From Candidatus Zixiibacteriota bacterium (GTDB lineage Bacteria; Zixibacteria; MSB-5A5; GN15; JAAZOE01): a stretch of DNA of 64,000 nt. Below are positions 21,472-31,397 of the stretch, piece by piece. Positions within the stretch are counted from its first letter, which is position 1. The number at the start of each line of letters is the position of its first letter. Where the stretch lies: the NCBI GenBank assembly GCA_043819555.1, contig JBDREQ010000021.1:1-64000 (forward strand). Reading direction: 5' to 3'. The notes under the pieces were generated by a model. It saw only the letters and a program-made list of their open reading frames with translations. It was not told the origin of the DNA and searched no databases. Position numbers and translations under genes: made by a program.

Positions 21472-22392
21472 ATGAAACCATTCCTAATGGCTTTAGCTAT
21501 CCTGATATGCTGGAACGGCCCAGTATTATCTCAAGTAACAATTCGAGCGGATATAACTTATGATTCAATAATCGTTGATACCGCGATTAAATCGACCGCT
21601 GTCCATTTTGAGAATTTGGCCGGAGCTGCAAAACATGATTCTTTGACGATCTATTTGGTAAATTCAGATGATGCGTTTGATAGCCTGGTGGGGAGTGCAA
21701 TGCCGGATTGGGGCGCCGGTGTCGCGATACCGCATCGCAGAATAATAGTAATCAAATCCCCGTCTTATTTCCCCGGTGAAAAATCCTTATATGAATTAAC
21801 GGTGCATGAGTACGCTCACATCTTACTTTCTCGTAGAGTCGGTCATCGACAATTGCCACGATGGATTAATGAGGGTATGGCGATGTATCTTTCCGCAGAA
21901 TGGGGATGGAGCGATAATCTTTCAATGAGCTGGGCTTCGGTCATGGGTTGGACGATTCCCCTGCGCCAGATTGAGAAGTTGAATCGGTTCAGTCCTGGCA
22001 AAGCGGAGACAGGGTACGCTGAATCTTATCTGGCTTTTAAGTATTTTTTGGATACCTATGGCAAGTCGAGTTTGGTTATATTTATAGATAGCATAAAATC
22101 GGGTCGGTCTTATGATGATGCCTTTATCGACGCAATCGGCGCGAATTATTTTGGTTTTGAAAAGGAATTTTCCGAATTCTTGGCGACGAGGTATAATTTG
22201 ATATCATTGATTTTTAACAGCAATCTGTTATGGCTGATATTGGCGGCAATTATCGTAATCGGATTTATTATCAGCCGGATCAAACGTAAATCGAGAATGG
22301 AAAAGCTGGAAGATTACGACCGCCTCCATTCATCTGATTTCGATTATGGGGATGAGGCCGAAAAACCGCATGAAGATAATCCATGGGATTGA
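21472..22392 (+). CDS. peptidase MA-like (gluzincin) protein with C-terminal TM
   Basis: HEYAH...PRWINEGMA, signal peptide and a hydrophobic C-terminal helix. Confidence 0.82.
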   Translation: MKPFLMALAILICWNGPVLSQVTIRADITYDSIIVDTAIKSTAVHFENLAGAAKHDSLTIYLVNSDDAFDSLVGSAMPDWGAGVAIPHRRIIVIKSPSYFPGEKSLYELTVHEYAHILLSRRVGHRQLPRWINEGMAMYLSAEWGWSDNLSMSWASVMGWTIPLRQIEKLNRFSPGKAETGYAESYLAFKYFLDTYGKSSLVIFIDSIKSGRSYDDAFIDAIGANYFGFEKEFSEFLATRYNLISLIFNSNLLWLILAAIIVIGFIISRIKRKSRMEKLEDYDRLHSSDFDYGDEAEKPHEDNPWD

Positions 22393-23290
22393 ATATGCTT
22401 TAGTCCGGATTCTGTCGTTTCTGTTTCAGAGATTGCCGCGGAAAACAGCTATAAATCTGGGTGATCGCATTGGACGAGCGATGGATAATTTGTGGCTTAG
22501 CCGGCATAAGACAGTTATCTCCAATTTGGAAATCGCTTTCGGAAATGAACTGACTATTGCCGATAAAGAAGAGCTATCCAAAAATATCTTTGGAAATATC
22601 GGAATGACAATGGCCGAAATTGCACGTTTTCCCGTTACAGACACCGATGAGATAAAAAGAATAGTATCCTCTAAAGGAGAGGAGACATTTCAAGAGGCAA
22701 TTGATTATGGCAAAGGCGCCCTTTTGGTCGGAAGCCATTTTGGCAATTGGGAATTGATGGGAGCGTATATAAACGCGTTAGGATTTCCCGTAGATTTTCT
22801 AATTCGGGGACAGCATAATAAACTGGTCGATAAATATTTGGCGTCATTGAGGCGCTCAATGGGTGTACGTGTCATTCATTCTGATAAAAGCGGCGGGATG
22901 ATGGAGATTATCCGGGCGCTAAAGCAGAACCGGCAGGTTGCCATTATTTCTGATCAGCATGCCGGATCTCAGGGAATTATTATTAATTTTTTTGGGCGAC
23001 TTGTATCTGTCCCCCGCGCTCCGGCCGTTCTTTCGATTAGAACCGGGGCGCCGATTATCACCGGACAGATACTCCGAAATCCTGATAACACTCACTTTTG
23101 CGAATTTGATAAACCGCTATATCCTAATCTCGACGCCGATCGTGACAAGGAAATTTTGCGATTGACCAAAATCTATACCGGACGCATCGAAAACGCTATT
23201 AGAAGACAGCCGGAATTGTGGCTCTGGACACATCGGCGATTTAAATATGTACCAAAAGAGCAAGATTCCGAAGGCAAACTTGTTGAATAA
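22370..23290 (+). CDS. lipid A biosynthesis acyltransferase (LpxL/HtrB family)
   Basis: HFGNWE, DQH, FFG and PELWLWTHRRFK. Confidence 0.9.
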   Translation: MKIIHGIEYALVRILSFLFQRLPRKTAINLGDRIGRAMDNLWLSRHKTVISNLEIAFGNELTIADKEELSKNIFGNIGMTMAEIARFPVTDTDEIKRIVSSKGEETFQEAIDYGKGALLVGSHFGNWELMGAYINALGFPVDFLIRGQHNKLVDKYLASLRRSMGVRVIHSDKSGGMMEIIRALKQNRQVAIISDQHAGSQGIIINFFGRLVSVPRAPAVLSIRTGAPIITGQILRNPDNTHFCEFDKPLYPNLDADRDKEILRLTKIYTGRIENAIRRQPELWLWTHRRFKYVPKEQDSEGKLVE

Positions 23291-23310
23291 GATGATATGA
23301 GATTAACCGG

Positions 23311-24330
23311 ATGAAATTAATAATTCGAGCGCCCAATTGGGTTGGCGACGGCATCATGGCTTTGCCGGCTATAGATATTGCCCGCGATATGACCGGGGCA
23401 AGTAATATTACGGTTATGGCTCGCGCAACAACCGCTCCATTATTTGAAAATCATCCCGATGTCAGCCAAGTAATTCGCATTGATGACAAGTCCTCGCGCA
23501 TTTGGGGAGCAAAACGGGCCGCGAGTTTCATTAAGAATGAAAAGTTCGATATCGGCCTTATCCTCCCCCCATCTTTCTCATCCGCTTTAATATTTAAATT
23601 AGGCAAGGTTCGAGGACGCATCGGATTTGTTGGAGACAAACGATCGCTTTTATTAACCAGGGCAATAAAAATTCCCGCCAAAAAAACGCATCGGATAGAT
23701 AAGTATTTATATCTTCTCGAAAAACTGACAGGCAATAAAATCGCCAGCCGCCCTCCGGTTTTATATTTATCCCATGATAATATCAGCGCGGGAGAAAATA
23801 TTCTGAAAAATCATTCACTGTCGTACGATGATAAATATATCGCAATTGCTGCCCGGGCAGCCGCTCCTTCACGGCGCTGGGGGGCGGACAATTATGGCCT
23901 ACTGGCAAAACGGCTTGCGGCCGATCTTAATTGCCGTATACTATTGATAGGAACCTCCAGCGATTTTGAGGCGGGTGAAATAACTCGCTCTAATGACGAA
24001 AAATATATATTCAATCTCTGCGGAGAGACTTCTTTATTGGAGGCCGCGTCAATCTTATCTTTTGCCAAGGCATTCATCGGCAATGATTCCGGGCTGGCGC
24101 ATCTGGCCGGAGCGGTAAATTGTCCTCTTGTAGTATTATCGGGCGCCGACGACCCGGAAGAAACATCGCCTCGATGCGAGACAAAATCTGTCATTTTCAA
24201 AAGAGATTTGGATTGTATCAGTTGCGTGCGCAACGAATGCCGTCTGAAGGGCGATCTGTATATGCAGTGCATGGATTTGATAACGGTCGATGAGGTTTAT
24301 AATGCCGCCAAAAAGATCATTACGAAGTAA
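23311..24330 (+). CDS. waaF: lipopolysaccharide heptosyltransferase II (GT9)
   Basis: RAPNWVGD, LCGETSL and GNDSGLAHLA. Confidence 0.88.
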   Translation: MKLIIRAPNWVGDGIMALPAIDIARDMTGASNITVMARATTAPLFENHPDVSQVIRIDDKSSRIWGAKRAASFIKNEKFDIGLILPPSFSSALIFKLGKVRGRIGFVGDKRSLLLTRAIKIPAKKTHRIDKYLYLLEKLTGNKIASRPPVLYLSHDNISAGENILKNHSLSYDDKYIAIAARAAAPSRRWGADNYGLLAKRLAADLNCRILLIGTSSDFEAGEITRSNDEKYIFNLCGETSLLEAASILSFAKAFIGNDSGLAHLAGAVNCPLVVLSGADDPEETSPRCETKSVIFKRDLDCISCVRNECRLKGDLYMQCMDLITVDEVYNAAKKIITK

Positions 24331-25204
24331 AATTGGAATTATCGGCTCGATTAATCGCGATACAATTTATCTTGTGAATGGGAAACAGGTTTCATCCTGG
24401 GGCGGTATTTTATACAATATCAAATATCTTGCGGAAAGCGGCGCGACCAAAATCGTACCGGTAGCCAACGCCGGAACTGATGCCTATGATGATATAATTA
24501 AAATCCTGAAGGAATATCCAAATGTGAATTTGGAATACATAAGTCGCGTAAAGGCTTTGAATAATCATTGCTTTTTGTATTATCACAACCAGTCGCATAA
24601 ATGCGAAATTTTGAAAGGCGGCGTCCCCCGCTTGCGGTTTAATCAAATATCGCCTTTACTTGATTGCGATATTGTCTTAGTCAATTTTATTTCAGGTCGT
24701 GATGTCGCATTGCAAACTCTCGAGAGATTTCGGCGGCACTATCATGGCATGATTTATATGGATATACATTCACTGACTTTGGGCAGTCGGAAAGTGGAAG
24801 ACGGATATAAACGATTTTTGCGGCGTCCGTCCAGCTGGATAAGGTATATCGCCTGTGCCGATATTCTGCAAATGAATGAAGATGAATTTGAGATTCTGTC
24901 AAAAACTCAATTGTCAAATAAAAACCCGAAAAAATTTTGGTCTTTGATATCTCTGCGGACAAAATGCCTCGTCCTCACCCTCGGGCGGGAGGGCTCGCGA
25001 ATTGTCTCGGGAAAATTAAGACCGAAGATTCAGAAAATAGCGCCGCTCGGAGTTGCCCATGTTTATGACACAACCGGATGCGGCGACGCCTTTGCCGCAG
25101 GTTTTATATCCGAATATGCAAGTAGTAGAAATTTCGCCAAATCCGCCGCCAACGGCAATCAACTGGCGGCCGAGCGGTGCGAAACAAAAGGCAGAATCTT
25201 TTGA
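24290..25204 (+). CDS. PfkB family carbohydrate kinase
   Basis: QMNEDE, TLGREG and DTTGCGDAFAAGF. Confidence 0.88.
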   Translation: MRFIMPPKRSLRSKIGIIGSINRDTIYLVNGKQVSSWGGILYNIKYLAESGATKIVPVANAGTDAYDDIIKILKEYPNVNLEYISRVKALNNHCFLYYHNQSHKCEILKGGVPRLRFNQISPLLDCDIVLVNFISGRDVALQTLERFRRHYHGMIYMDIHSLTLGSRKVEDGYKRFLRRPSSWIRYIACADILQMNEDEFEILSKTQLSNKNPKKFWSLISLRTKCLVLTLGREGSRIVSGKLRPKIQKIAPLGVAHVYDTTGCGDAFAAGFISEYASSRNFAKSAANGNQLAAERCETKGRIF

Positions 25205-25299
25205 AATTCATCATTAACCTTTATCGATTCTCTTGACCTTTTTCGCATTTCTCTATACTTTATGCATTCACAAGAGAAGAAACTATTCATGGAGGCTTC

Positions 25300-26742
25300 A
25301 TGAAAGATAAACTCAAAGAATGTATTAAATGGTTGAAATCGAAGGGGGTTGATTATGCCGATTGCCGATACGTTCATCGGGAAACGGAAAACATTCGTAC
25401 TGCCAATGGTAATGTCGAGATGTTATCCCGCGATCTTGATGTCGGAGTCGGAATTCGGGTGCTGGCCGGTGGAGCCTGGGGATTCGCGGCAACGGCTGTA
25501 TTGACATCAGCCGATTTGAAAAAAACCGCGAATAAGGCTTTGCAAATCGCCAAAGCATCAGCCATGACTCAGCGTGAGAAAGTCATTTTGGCTGATGAAA
25601 CACCGCATGTCGATTATTATAAATCGCCATGCAAAAAGGATCCCTTTGAAATTCCTGCCCATGAAAAGTTGAATTTACTGATTGGATTGACGAACGATTT
25701 GAAAAAAGTGAAAAAAATTCATCGTGCCGAAGCGAGCATGGATTTCTTCAAAACCAATAAGATATTTATCTCGACTGAAGGAGCCGAAATTGAACAGGAT
25801 ATAATCGAATCAGGCGGTGGTTTTGAGGCGCTGGCATTTGGCGGCAAGGAAGCCCATCGCCGCTCTTATCCCAATTCTTTCCGAGGTGATTATGCTTGCC
25901 GAGGATATGAGTTTATCGAGGCTATGGATTTGGCTTCTCATACAGAGCGGATCGCCAATGAGGCGGTTCAGCTTCTTTCGGCCAAACCATGTCCGGATAC
26001 GCACAGCGATATTATTATCTGCGGTTCTCAGATGGCCCTTCAGGTACATGAATCATGCGGACATCCGATTGAATTGGATCGCGTTTTGGGAACCGAGATT
26101 TCACTGGCGGGCGGATCATTTTTGACGATTGAAAAGCTCAATAAACTAAAATACGGTTCTGATATTGTCAATATCACCGCTGACGCGACCATTAAGGGCG
26201 CCTTTGGCAGTTTCGGCTATGATGATGAGGGTGTCAAAGCCCAGCGCACACCAATAATTAAAAATGGGAAATTCGTCGGATACCTGACCAGCCGGGAAAC
26301 CGCCCCGATAATTAAGAAAAAATCCAACGGAACGATGCGGGCTTCCGGATGGAATCGCATCCCTCTGATACGCATGATTAACATAAATCTCGAACCGGGT
26401 AAATGGGAACTTGATGATTTAATAGCCGACACCAAAAAAGGAATCTTTTTCGGACCCAATAAAAGCTGGTCGATTGATGATAAACGATTGAATTTCCAGT
26501 TTGGCGGAGAATGCGCCTGGGAAATTAAGAATGGAAAATTAGGCCAGATGTATAAAAACCCTGTCTACACCGGGATAACTCCTGAATTCTGGAATTCATG
26601 CGATGCCATCTGTAACAAAAATCACTGGCATGTCTGGGGAGTACCCAATTGCGGGAAAGGAGAACCGATGCAAACAATGCATGTCGCTCATGGCACCTCC
26701 CCGGCCCGATTCAGAAATATAAAAGTGGGGGTGAGCAAATGA
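25300..26742 (+). CDS. tldD: TldD family metalloprotease
   Basis: HESCGH (HExxxH), YDDEG, RMxN and NCGKGEPMQ. Confidence 0.92.
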   Translation: MKDKLKECIKWLKSKGVDYADCRYVHRETENIRTANGNVEMLSRDLDVGVGIRVLAGGAWGFAATAVLTSADLKKTANKALQIAKASAMTQREKVILADETPHVDYYKSPCKKDPFEIPAHEKLNLLIGLTNDLKKVKKIHRAEASMDFFKTNKIFISTEGAEIEQDIIESGGGFEALAFGGKEAHRRSYPNSFRGDYACRGYEFIEAMDLASHTERIANEAVQLLSAKPCPDTHSDIIICGSQMALQVHESCGHPIELDRVLGTEISLAGGSFLTIEKLNKLKYGSDIVNITADATIKGAFGSFGYDDEGVKAQRTPIIKNGKFVGYLTSRETAPIIKKKSNGTMRASGWNRIPLIRMININLEPGKWELDDLIADTKKGIFFGPNKSWSIDDKRLNFQFGGECAWEIKNGKLGQMYKNPVYTGITPEFWNSCDAICNKNHWHVWGVPNCGKGEPMQTMHVAHGTSPARFRNIKVGVSK

Positions 26743-28091
26743 TTGGAAAACAAAAATTGATCGCCAGCTTCAAAAAAGCTCTGGTATATTCAAAAGCGGA
26801 TGATACTGAAATTGTCTTTATCGGTTCCGAGTCGGGTTTAACCCGATATGCCAATTCGGCAATTCATCAGAATGTCCATGAGAATAACTGCAAAATCTTC
26901 GTTCGCACAGCCGTTGGCAAGAAAGTCGGTGTTGCCTCAACCAATTCACTAAATGCTCAGGCATTGAGGAAGACAATCGATAATTCTCTTGAAATTGCCA
27001 AAAATCAGCCCGATAATCCGCTCTATATCGGCTTGGCCAAACCCGCGAAATACAAATCATTGAAGACCTTTGATGCCAGAACTGCCAAGTTTTCGCCACG
27101 GGATCGAGCAAAAGTCGTCAAAAAGATAATTTCTGTGGCGGATAAAAAGAACTTCACTCTGGCCGGTGCATTCGCGACTTCGTGCGGCGAAATCGCGATC
27201 GTGAATTCCAACGGTATAAAAGCGTATCAGCCTACAACATCGGCCTCAATAAATATGATCGCCATGTCGGATACATCTTCGGGTTATGCGGCCGGGTTGT
27301 CACGCCGCGTCAACGATATAGATTTTGAAATGCTGGCCAACCGCGCCGTTGATAAATGCAAAATGTCGTTGAACCCAATTTCGATTGAACCTGGTACTTA
27401 TGAGATCATATTGGAACCGGCTGCCGCCGCCGCGCTTCTCGAATGGATGAATTATATTGGAATGGGATCGAAATCTTTCCAGCAAAAAACATCATTTTTG
27501 TCGGGCAAAATCGGAAAAAAAGTTACTTCGGAAATGATTTCAATCTACGATAACAGCCTCGATGAAAAATCAGTCGGTTTTCCTTTCGATTTTGAAGGCG
27601 TTCCCAAGAAAAAAGTTAACATTATTCAAAAAGGGATTGCCAGGGGAGTCGTCTATGATCGTATGGCGGCCGCGAAAGACAAAAAGCAGTCAACCGGCCA
27701 TGCCCTGACCCCGAATGAAAGCAACGAAGGCGCTTTGGCGCTTAATCTGGTTATTTCTTCAGGTAAGGCAAAACGAGATAAAATGATTGAAAATGTAAAA
27801 AAGGGTATCCTGATAACACGTTTTCATTACATCAATGGCTTTATCGATACATCCAACGCGGTCATGACTGGAATGACCCGCGATGGCACGTTTTTAATCG
27901 AGAAAGGCAAGATTAAAGCAGGTATAAAGAATTTGAGATTTACCGACGCTATGCTTAAAGCCTTTGCCACAACTGTGGCGATATCTCGAGAATCCGAACT
28001 GGTGGAATCGTGGTGGGATGCCGTCGGCTGTATCAAAGCACCGACAATTCATTTGAAGAAGTTTAAATTTACGGGTAAGACAGAGTTTTAA
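26739..28091 (+). CDS. pmbA: TldE/PmbA family protein
   Basis: TRYANSAIHQ, FDFEG, STGH and TGMTRDG. ATGA overlap with tldD. Confidence 0.9.
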   Translation: MIGKQKLIASFKKALVYSKADDTEIVFIGSESGLTRYANSAIHQNVHENNCKIFVRTAVGKKVGVASTNSLNAQALRKTIDNSLEIAKNQPDNPLYIGLAKPAKYKSLKTFDARTAKFSPRDRAKVVKKIISVADKKNFTLAGAFATSCGEIAIVNSNGIKAYQPTTSASINMIAMSDTSSGYAAGLSRRVNDIDFEMLANRAVDKCKMSLNPISIEPGTYEIILEPAAAAALLEWMNYIGMGSKSFQQKTSFLSGKIGKKVTSEMISIYDNSLDEKSVGFPFDFEGVPKKKVNIIQKGIARGVVYDRMAAAKDKKQSTGHALTPNESNEGALALNLVISSGKAKRDKMIENVKKGILITRFHYINGFIDTSNAVMTGMTRDGTFLIEKGKIKAGIKNLRFTDAMLKAFATTVAISRESELVESWWDAVGCIKAPTIHLKKFKFTGKTEF

Positions 28092-28261
28092 GCTGGATTT
28101 CTAAAAAGATAGTCATTATAAATTAGGCGTCTATTCTATTTAGTATGAGGCGTCTTTTTTATGAAACGAATCGAATCGGTATAAGCAGCTGGGAAATTGA
28201 CAAAGTTGCCAATCCATATATTTTTACATTTTGGGGACTTCAATCCATAACGGGAGCAATT

Positions 28262-28852
28262 ATGGAACAACTAAAAGCCAATTATCTGTTGGAGGTTTTT
28301 TGTGTCAAACTTGTGCTTTTTTTATTCGTGCCTGCGCTCTGTCTTAGTGACAATTCTAATGCAGGCACAAATGGACAATCCCTAATAGACTCAGTTAAGC
28401 CGGGCCAGCGTTTGCGCATAAAGGCTCCTGATATTTCCCCAAGTCGAATAGTCGGCAGAGTTGATTCAATCAAGGCGGATACAATATTCTTAGTGGCCAG
28501 ACAGGGCGCCAAAAATCCATATATTCGACGCATACCCATTGCATCAATCGTCAATTGTGAAGTATCGATAGGCCGCAAAACTAATGCTCGCCAGGGTGCA
28601 TTATATGGATTAATTGTTGGCTCGGTCCTCGGCGGAGTAAAATCTTTGATCGGAGATGACGATTCCTATGATATGGCCGAGGGACCGGCTGCAATTCCGA
28701 TCCTTGGAGGCCTTGGCTGTATCTTTGGGGCGGTTTTTGGGACCATTGCAAAAACTGATCGATGGCAGGAAATAACATCTGACAAAATCTCTTTCAAAAT
28801 AATGCCATCAAAAGACAAATCCGTGCAAGTATCTGTGTCTTTTGCTTTATAA
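28262..28852 (+). CDS. hypothetical exported/membrane protein with Gly-rich hydrophobic segments
   Basis: GGGAG RBS before ATG 28262 and TTGACA at 28197. Contains glycine-zipper-like GALYGLIVGSVLGG and GGLGCIFGAVFG. Confidence 0.7.
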   Translation: MEQLKANYLLEVFCVKLVLFLFVPALCLSDNSNAGTNGQSLIDSVKPGQRLRIKAPDISPSRIVGRVDSIKADTIFLVARQGAKNPYIRRIPIASIVNCEVSIGRKTNARQGALYGLIVGSVLGGVKSLIGDDDSYDMAEGPAAIPILGGLGCIFGAVFGTIAKTDRWQEITSDKISFKIMPSKDKSVQVSVSFAL

Positions 28853-28999
28853 ATATGACTTTAACGGCTGTCTGGTCCGGGTGGATTGCAAATAGCCAAA
28901 AAATTAATAAGTTGCAGGTTTTTTTGCATCCTTTTGCAACTATTTGCTCCCAAAAAACGTAAATCAGACTAAGGATAAATTAAAGACTGGGGTCTCATT

Positions 29000-30763
29000 A
29001 TGAGAAAACAACTTACATTAGGTTTGATGACAGCTGTGGCCGTTTTGGTTATGACTCTATTGTGGGTGCCCGGAGCCATGGCTAAAGAAAAATTCGTCGT
29101 TTTCGAGAATGTTGAAATCGATGAGCTGGCTGTTCAGGGATTGAATGTTTCGGAGATTACAACGATCGACATTTATGCAGTCGGTGCTGGTCAAAGCTAT
29201 CACACCGATTTATTCGCCTTTGCCTGGATAATTGACGCCGAAGATCGGGAAATTGTATGGTCTATGAATGACGAATGCGATGAATGGGACAGGGTCTCGG
29301 GGATCTTGATCGAATGTGAGTCAACTCTGCGATTACGGCCAGGAAAATATGAAGCATATTATTATGTCGGAGTTCCGAGCCTTGGCTCGGGATACAATAT
29401 TTCAGTGAATGATCTTGGTGATTTGATCAAGATTTTCGGAGATGTTTTCAATCAGGATGAATATGAAGAACGCGACTTTTTGAAAGAGGATATTGAAGAT
29501 TTGACCCTGGTAATTGAAACCGAAGAAAATAAAATAAAATTATATACTCCTCAATTTGACAACTCCCCCGGAGCATTTGTGTCAATTATTCGGCCCGGAC
29601 CTGAAGAATATATCTCGCGGGGATTTAAAATGGCCAAAGAAATGGAACTGGATGTATACGCCATTGGCGAATATGGTTCCTCATACGAGGTTTTTGTCGA
29701 CGGGGCTTGGATTATAGATGCCTCGACCCGCAAAAGAGTTTGGGAAATGGATAAATGGAATACTGATCCGGCTGGTGGCGCAAGTAAAAACAGGTATTTC
29801 CATGATCGGATTACTCTTCCGGCCGGCGAGTATATTGCCTACTACGCGACTGATGATTCTCATGACGCCAAAGAATGGAATTCTCCCCCGCCCGGTGATC
29901 CCAATAATTATGGGCTGACTATATCCACGCTGGATGTCGATGCCGTGAGTCGGATTGATGATTTTCAGGACGGCGAAGGTGAAGTAGAAATTGTTCGAAT
30001 GGTTCGTATCAGAGACGATGATTTTGAGCGAAGGGGATTTATTTTGAAGAAGGCCGCCAAAATTCATATTGTCGGACTGGGCGAAAGAGATTACAGCAAC
30101 GATTTTCTTGTCGATTATGGTTGGATTACTGATGCTGAGACGATGGAACGAGTTTGGGAAATGGATGCCGAAAACTGCGGTTATGCCGGAGGAGGAGCCA
30201 AAAACGCAATGTTCGACGGCATTATCGAATTGGAAGCAGGCTGTTATATCGTTTACTATCGTTCCGATGATTCCCATTCTTATGGAGACTGGAACGACGC
30301 TCCGCCTTTTAACCGCCGTGGCTGGGGTATATCACTCTACGGTGTCGGAAGCGATTTTTCGGAAAACAGCTTTGAATTATTCGATGATTTTGAACCGGCC
30401 GGAAATGTTCTTGTTAATCTCACGGGAATTGGCGATGATGAGGAAGTAAAAGCTAAATTTACACTTGATGAGGATTCACAAATTAGAATCACCGCCCTGG
30501 GTGAAGGTACCGGACGGACCATGCACGATTACGGATGGATCGAAAACGATAAAACCGGCGAAGTTGTCTGGGAAATGACGTACCGCAAAACTCATAATGC
30601 CGGCGGCGCCGAAAAAAATCGAAAAGCAGTAGCTAATATCTCACTCGAAAAGGGCACGTATGTGGCCTATTTCATTACCGATGATTCGCATTCTATTGAG
30701 AGATTCAATGCCTCTCCCCCGGATGAACCAGAACACTGGGGCATAATTATTACAAAAAAATAA
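29000..30763 (+). CDS. secreted hypothetical protein with four tandem ~130-aa repeats
   Basis: Signal peptide ending AMA. Repeated WI.DA...VW.M...GG..KN...L..G.Y..YY..DDSH...N..PP...G motif. Confidence 0.85.
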   Translation: MRKQLTLGLMTAVAVLVMTLLWVPGAMAKEKFVVFENVEIDELAVQGLNVSEITTIDIYAVGAGQSYHTDLFAFAWIIDAEDREIVWSMNDECDEWDRVSGILIECESTLRLRPGKYEAYYYVGVPSLGSGYNISVNDLGDLIKIFGDVFNQDEYEERDFLKEDIEDLTLVIETEENKIKLYTPQFDNSPGAFVSIIRPGPEEYISRGFKMAKEMELDVYAIGEYGSSYEVFVDGAWIIDASTRKRVWEMDKWNTDPAGGASKNRYFHDRITLPAGEYIAYYATDDSHDAKEWNSPPPGDPNNYGLTISTLDVDAVSRIDDFQDGEGEVEIVRMVRIRDDDFERRGFILKKAAKIHIVGLGERDYSNDFLVDYGWITDAETMERVWEMDAENCGYAGGGAKNAMFDGIIELEAGCYIVYYRSDDSHSYGDWNDAPPFNRRGWGISLYGVGSDFSENSFELFDDFEPAGNVLVNLTGIGDDEEVKAKFTLDEDSQIRITALGEGTGRTMHDYGWIENDKTGEVVWEMTYRKTHNAGGAEKNRKAVANISLEKGTYVAYFITDDSHSIERFNASPPDEPEHWGIIITKK

Positions 30764-30800
30764 ATCTATTTTATTATAGATCAACCCCACCTTTTCAATG

Positions 30801-30830
30801 GCAGGGACTCCCCCAGGTCCCTGCTTTTTT
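30801..30830 (+). terminator. intrinsic terminator
   Basis: gcagggac/gtccctgc stem followed by a T-tract. Confidence 0.8.
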
Positions 30831-30981
30831 ATTTGATTGCATAAAAAATCCAAAGTAAATCAAGAATTGAGGCTAAACAAACCGGTATCTCTTCCTGATT
30901 GAAATGGGTTTGTTTTCTCAGATTAACGTTTTTGGTCATATCAACTCGGTGGTGATTACGACAGGCTCACAATAATTCTCC

Positions 30982-31008
30982 GTAGGGGTCGCTAGCGAGC
31001 GACCCGTA
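30982..31008 (+). repeat. GTAG-type REP-like palindrome
   Basis: gtaggggtcgct-agcg-agcgacccgta. A related copy lies on the minus strand at 39697-39722. Confidence 0.65.
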
Positions 31009-31022
31009 AAAAATACAGGGAA

Positions 31023-31113
31023 AGATCGCCACGTCAGCCTTCGGCCTCCTCGCAATGACTCGAACTAACCCTGAATTCGTCATTGCGAGCGAGTAAAACG
31101 AGCGTGGCAATTT
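31023..31113. repeat. paired GTCATTGCGAG/CTCGCAATGAC-type palindromic elements
   Basis: agatcgccac...ctcgcaatgac (31023-31059) faces gtcattgcgag...gtggcaattt (31079-31113). A related half lies at 39896-39930. Confidence 0.7.
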
Positions 31114-31334
31114 ATGGTTTGCAGTTATCCACAATCTCATTATTAAAAAATCCTTAGATGTGAATGTTCCTGTTTAGCTTACAGCGAATTGGGTTCGTTT
31201 TGTCATTTTTTGTATTTTTACGAAAATCTATATCCCATTATCACAAATACTCTACTACGATTTTAATTCATATCATATATGCGGGTGTTTTCAGAAAATG
31301 CATTATGTTGATGGGGAAAATATAACGGCTCTAT

Positions 31335-31370
31335 GTGGGAACCCTCTGTAACAAGTTGCAATGAGCCACC
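31335..31370 (-). repeat. degenerate copy of the GGTGGCCCA...GGTGGGTTCC repeat
   Basis: Reverse complement ggtggctcattgcaacttgttacagagggttcccac, versus ggtggcccactgcaacttgttgcggtgggttcccgc at 39382. Confidence 0.8.
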
Positions 31371-31397
31371 GGTCTACCGGTTTTAATTATGTTAAAC

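Noticed and set aside
25300..28091. TldD/PmbA as part of a RiPP cluster
   Set aside because: There is no precursor peptide, YcaO or other modifying enzyme adjacent. This looks like an ordinary tldDE pair.
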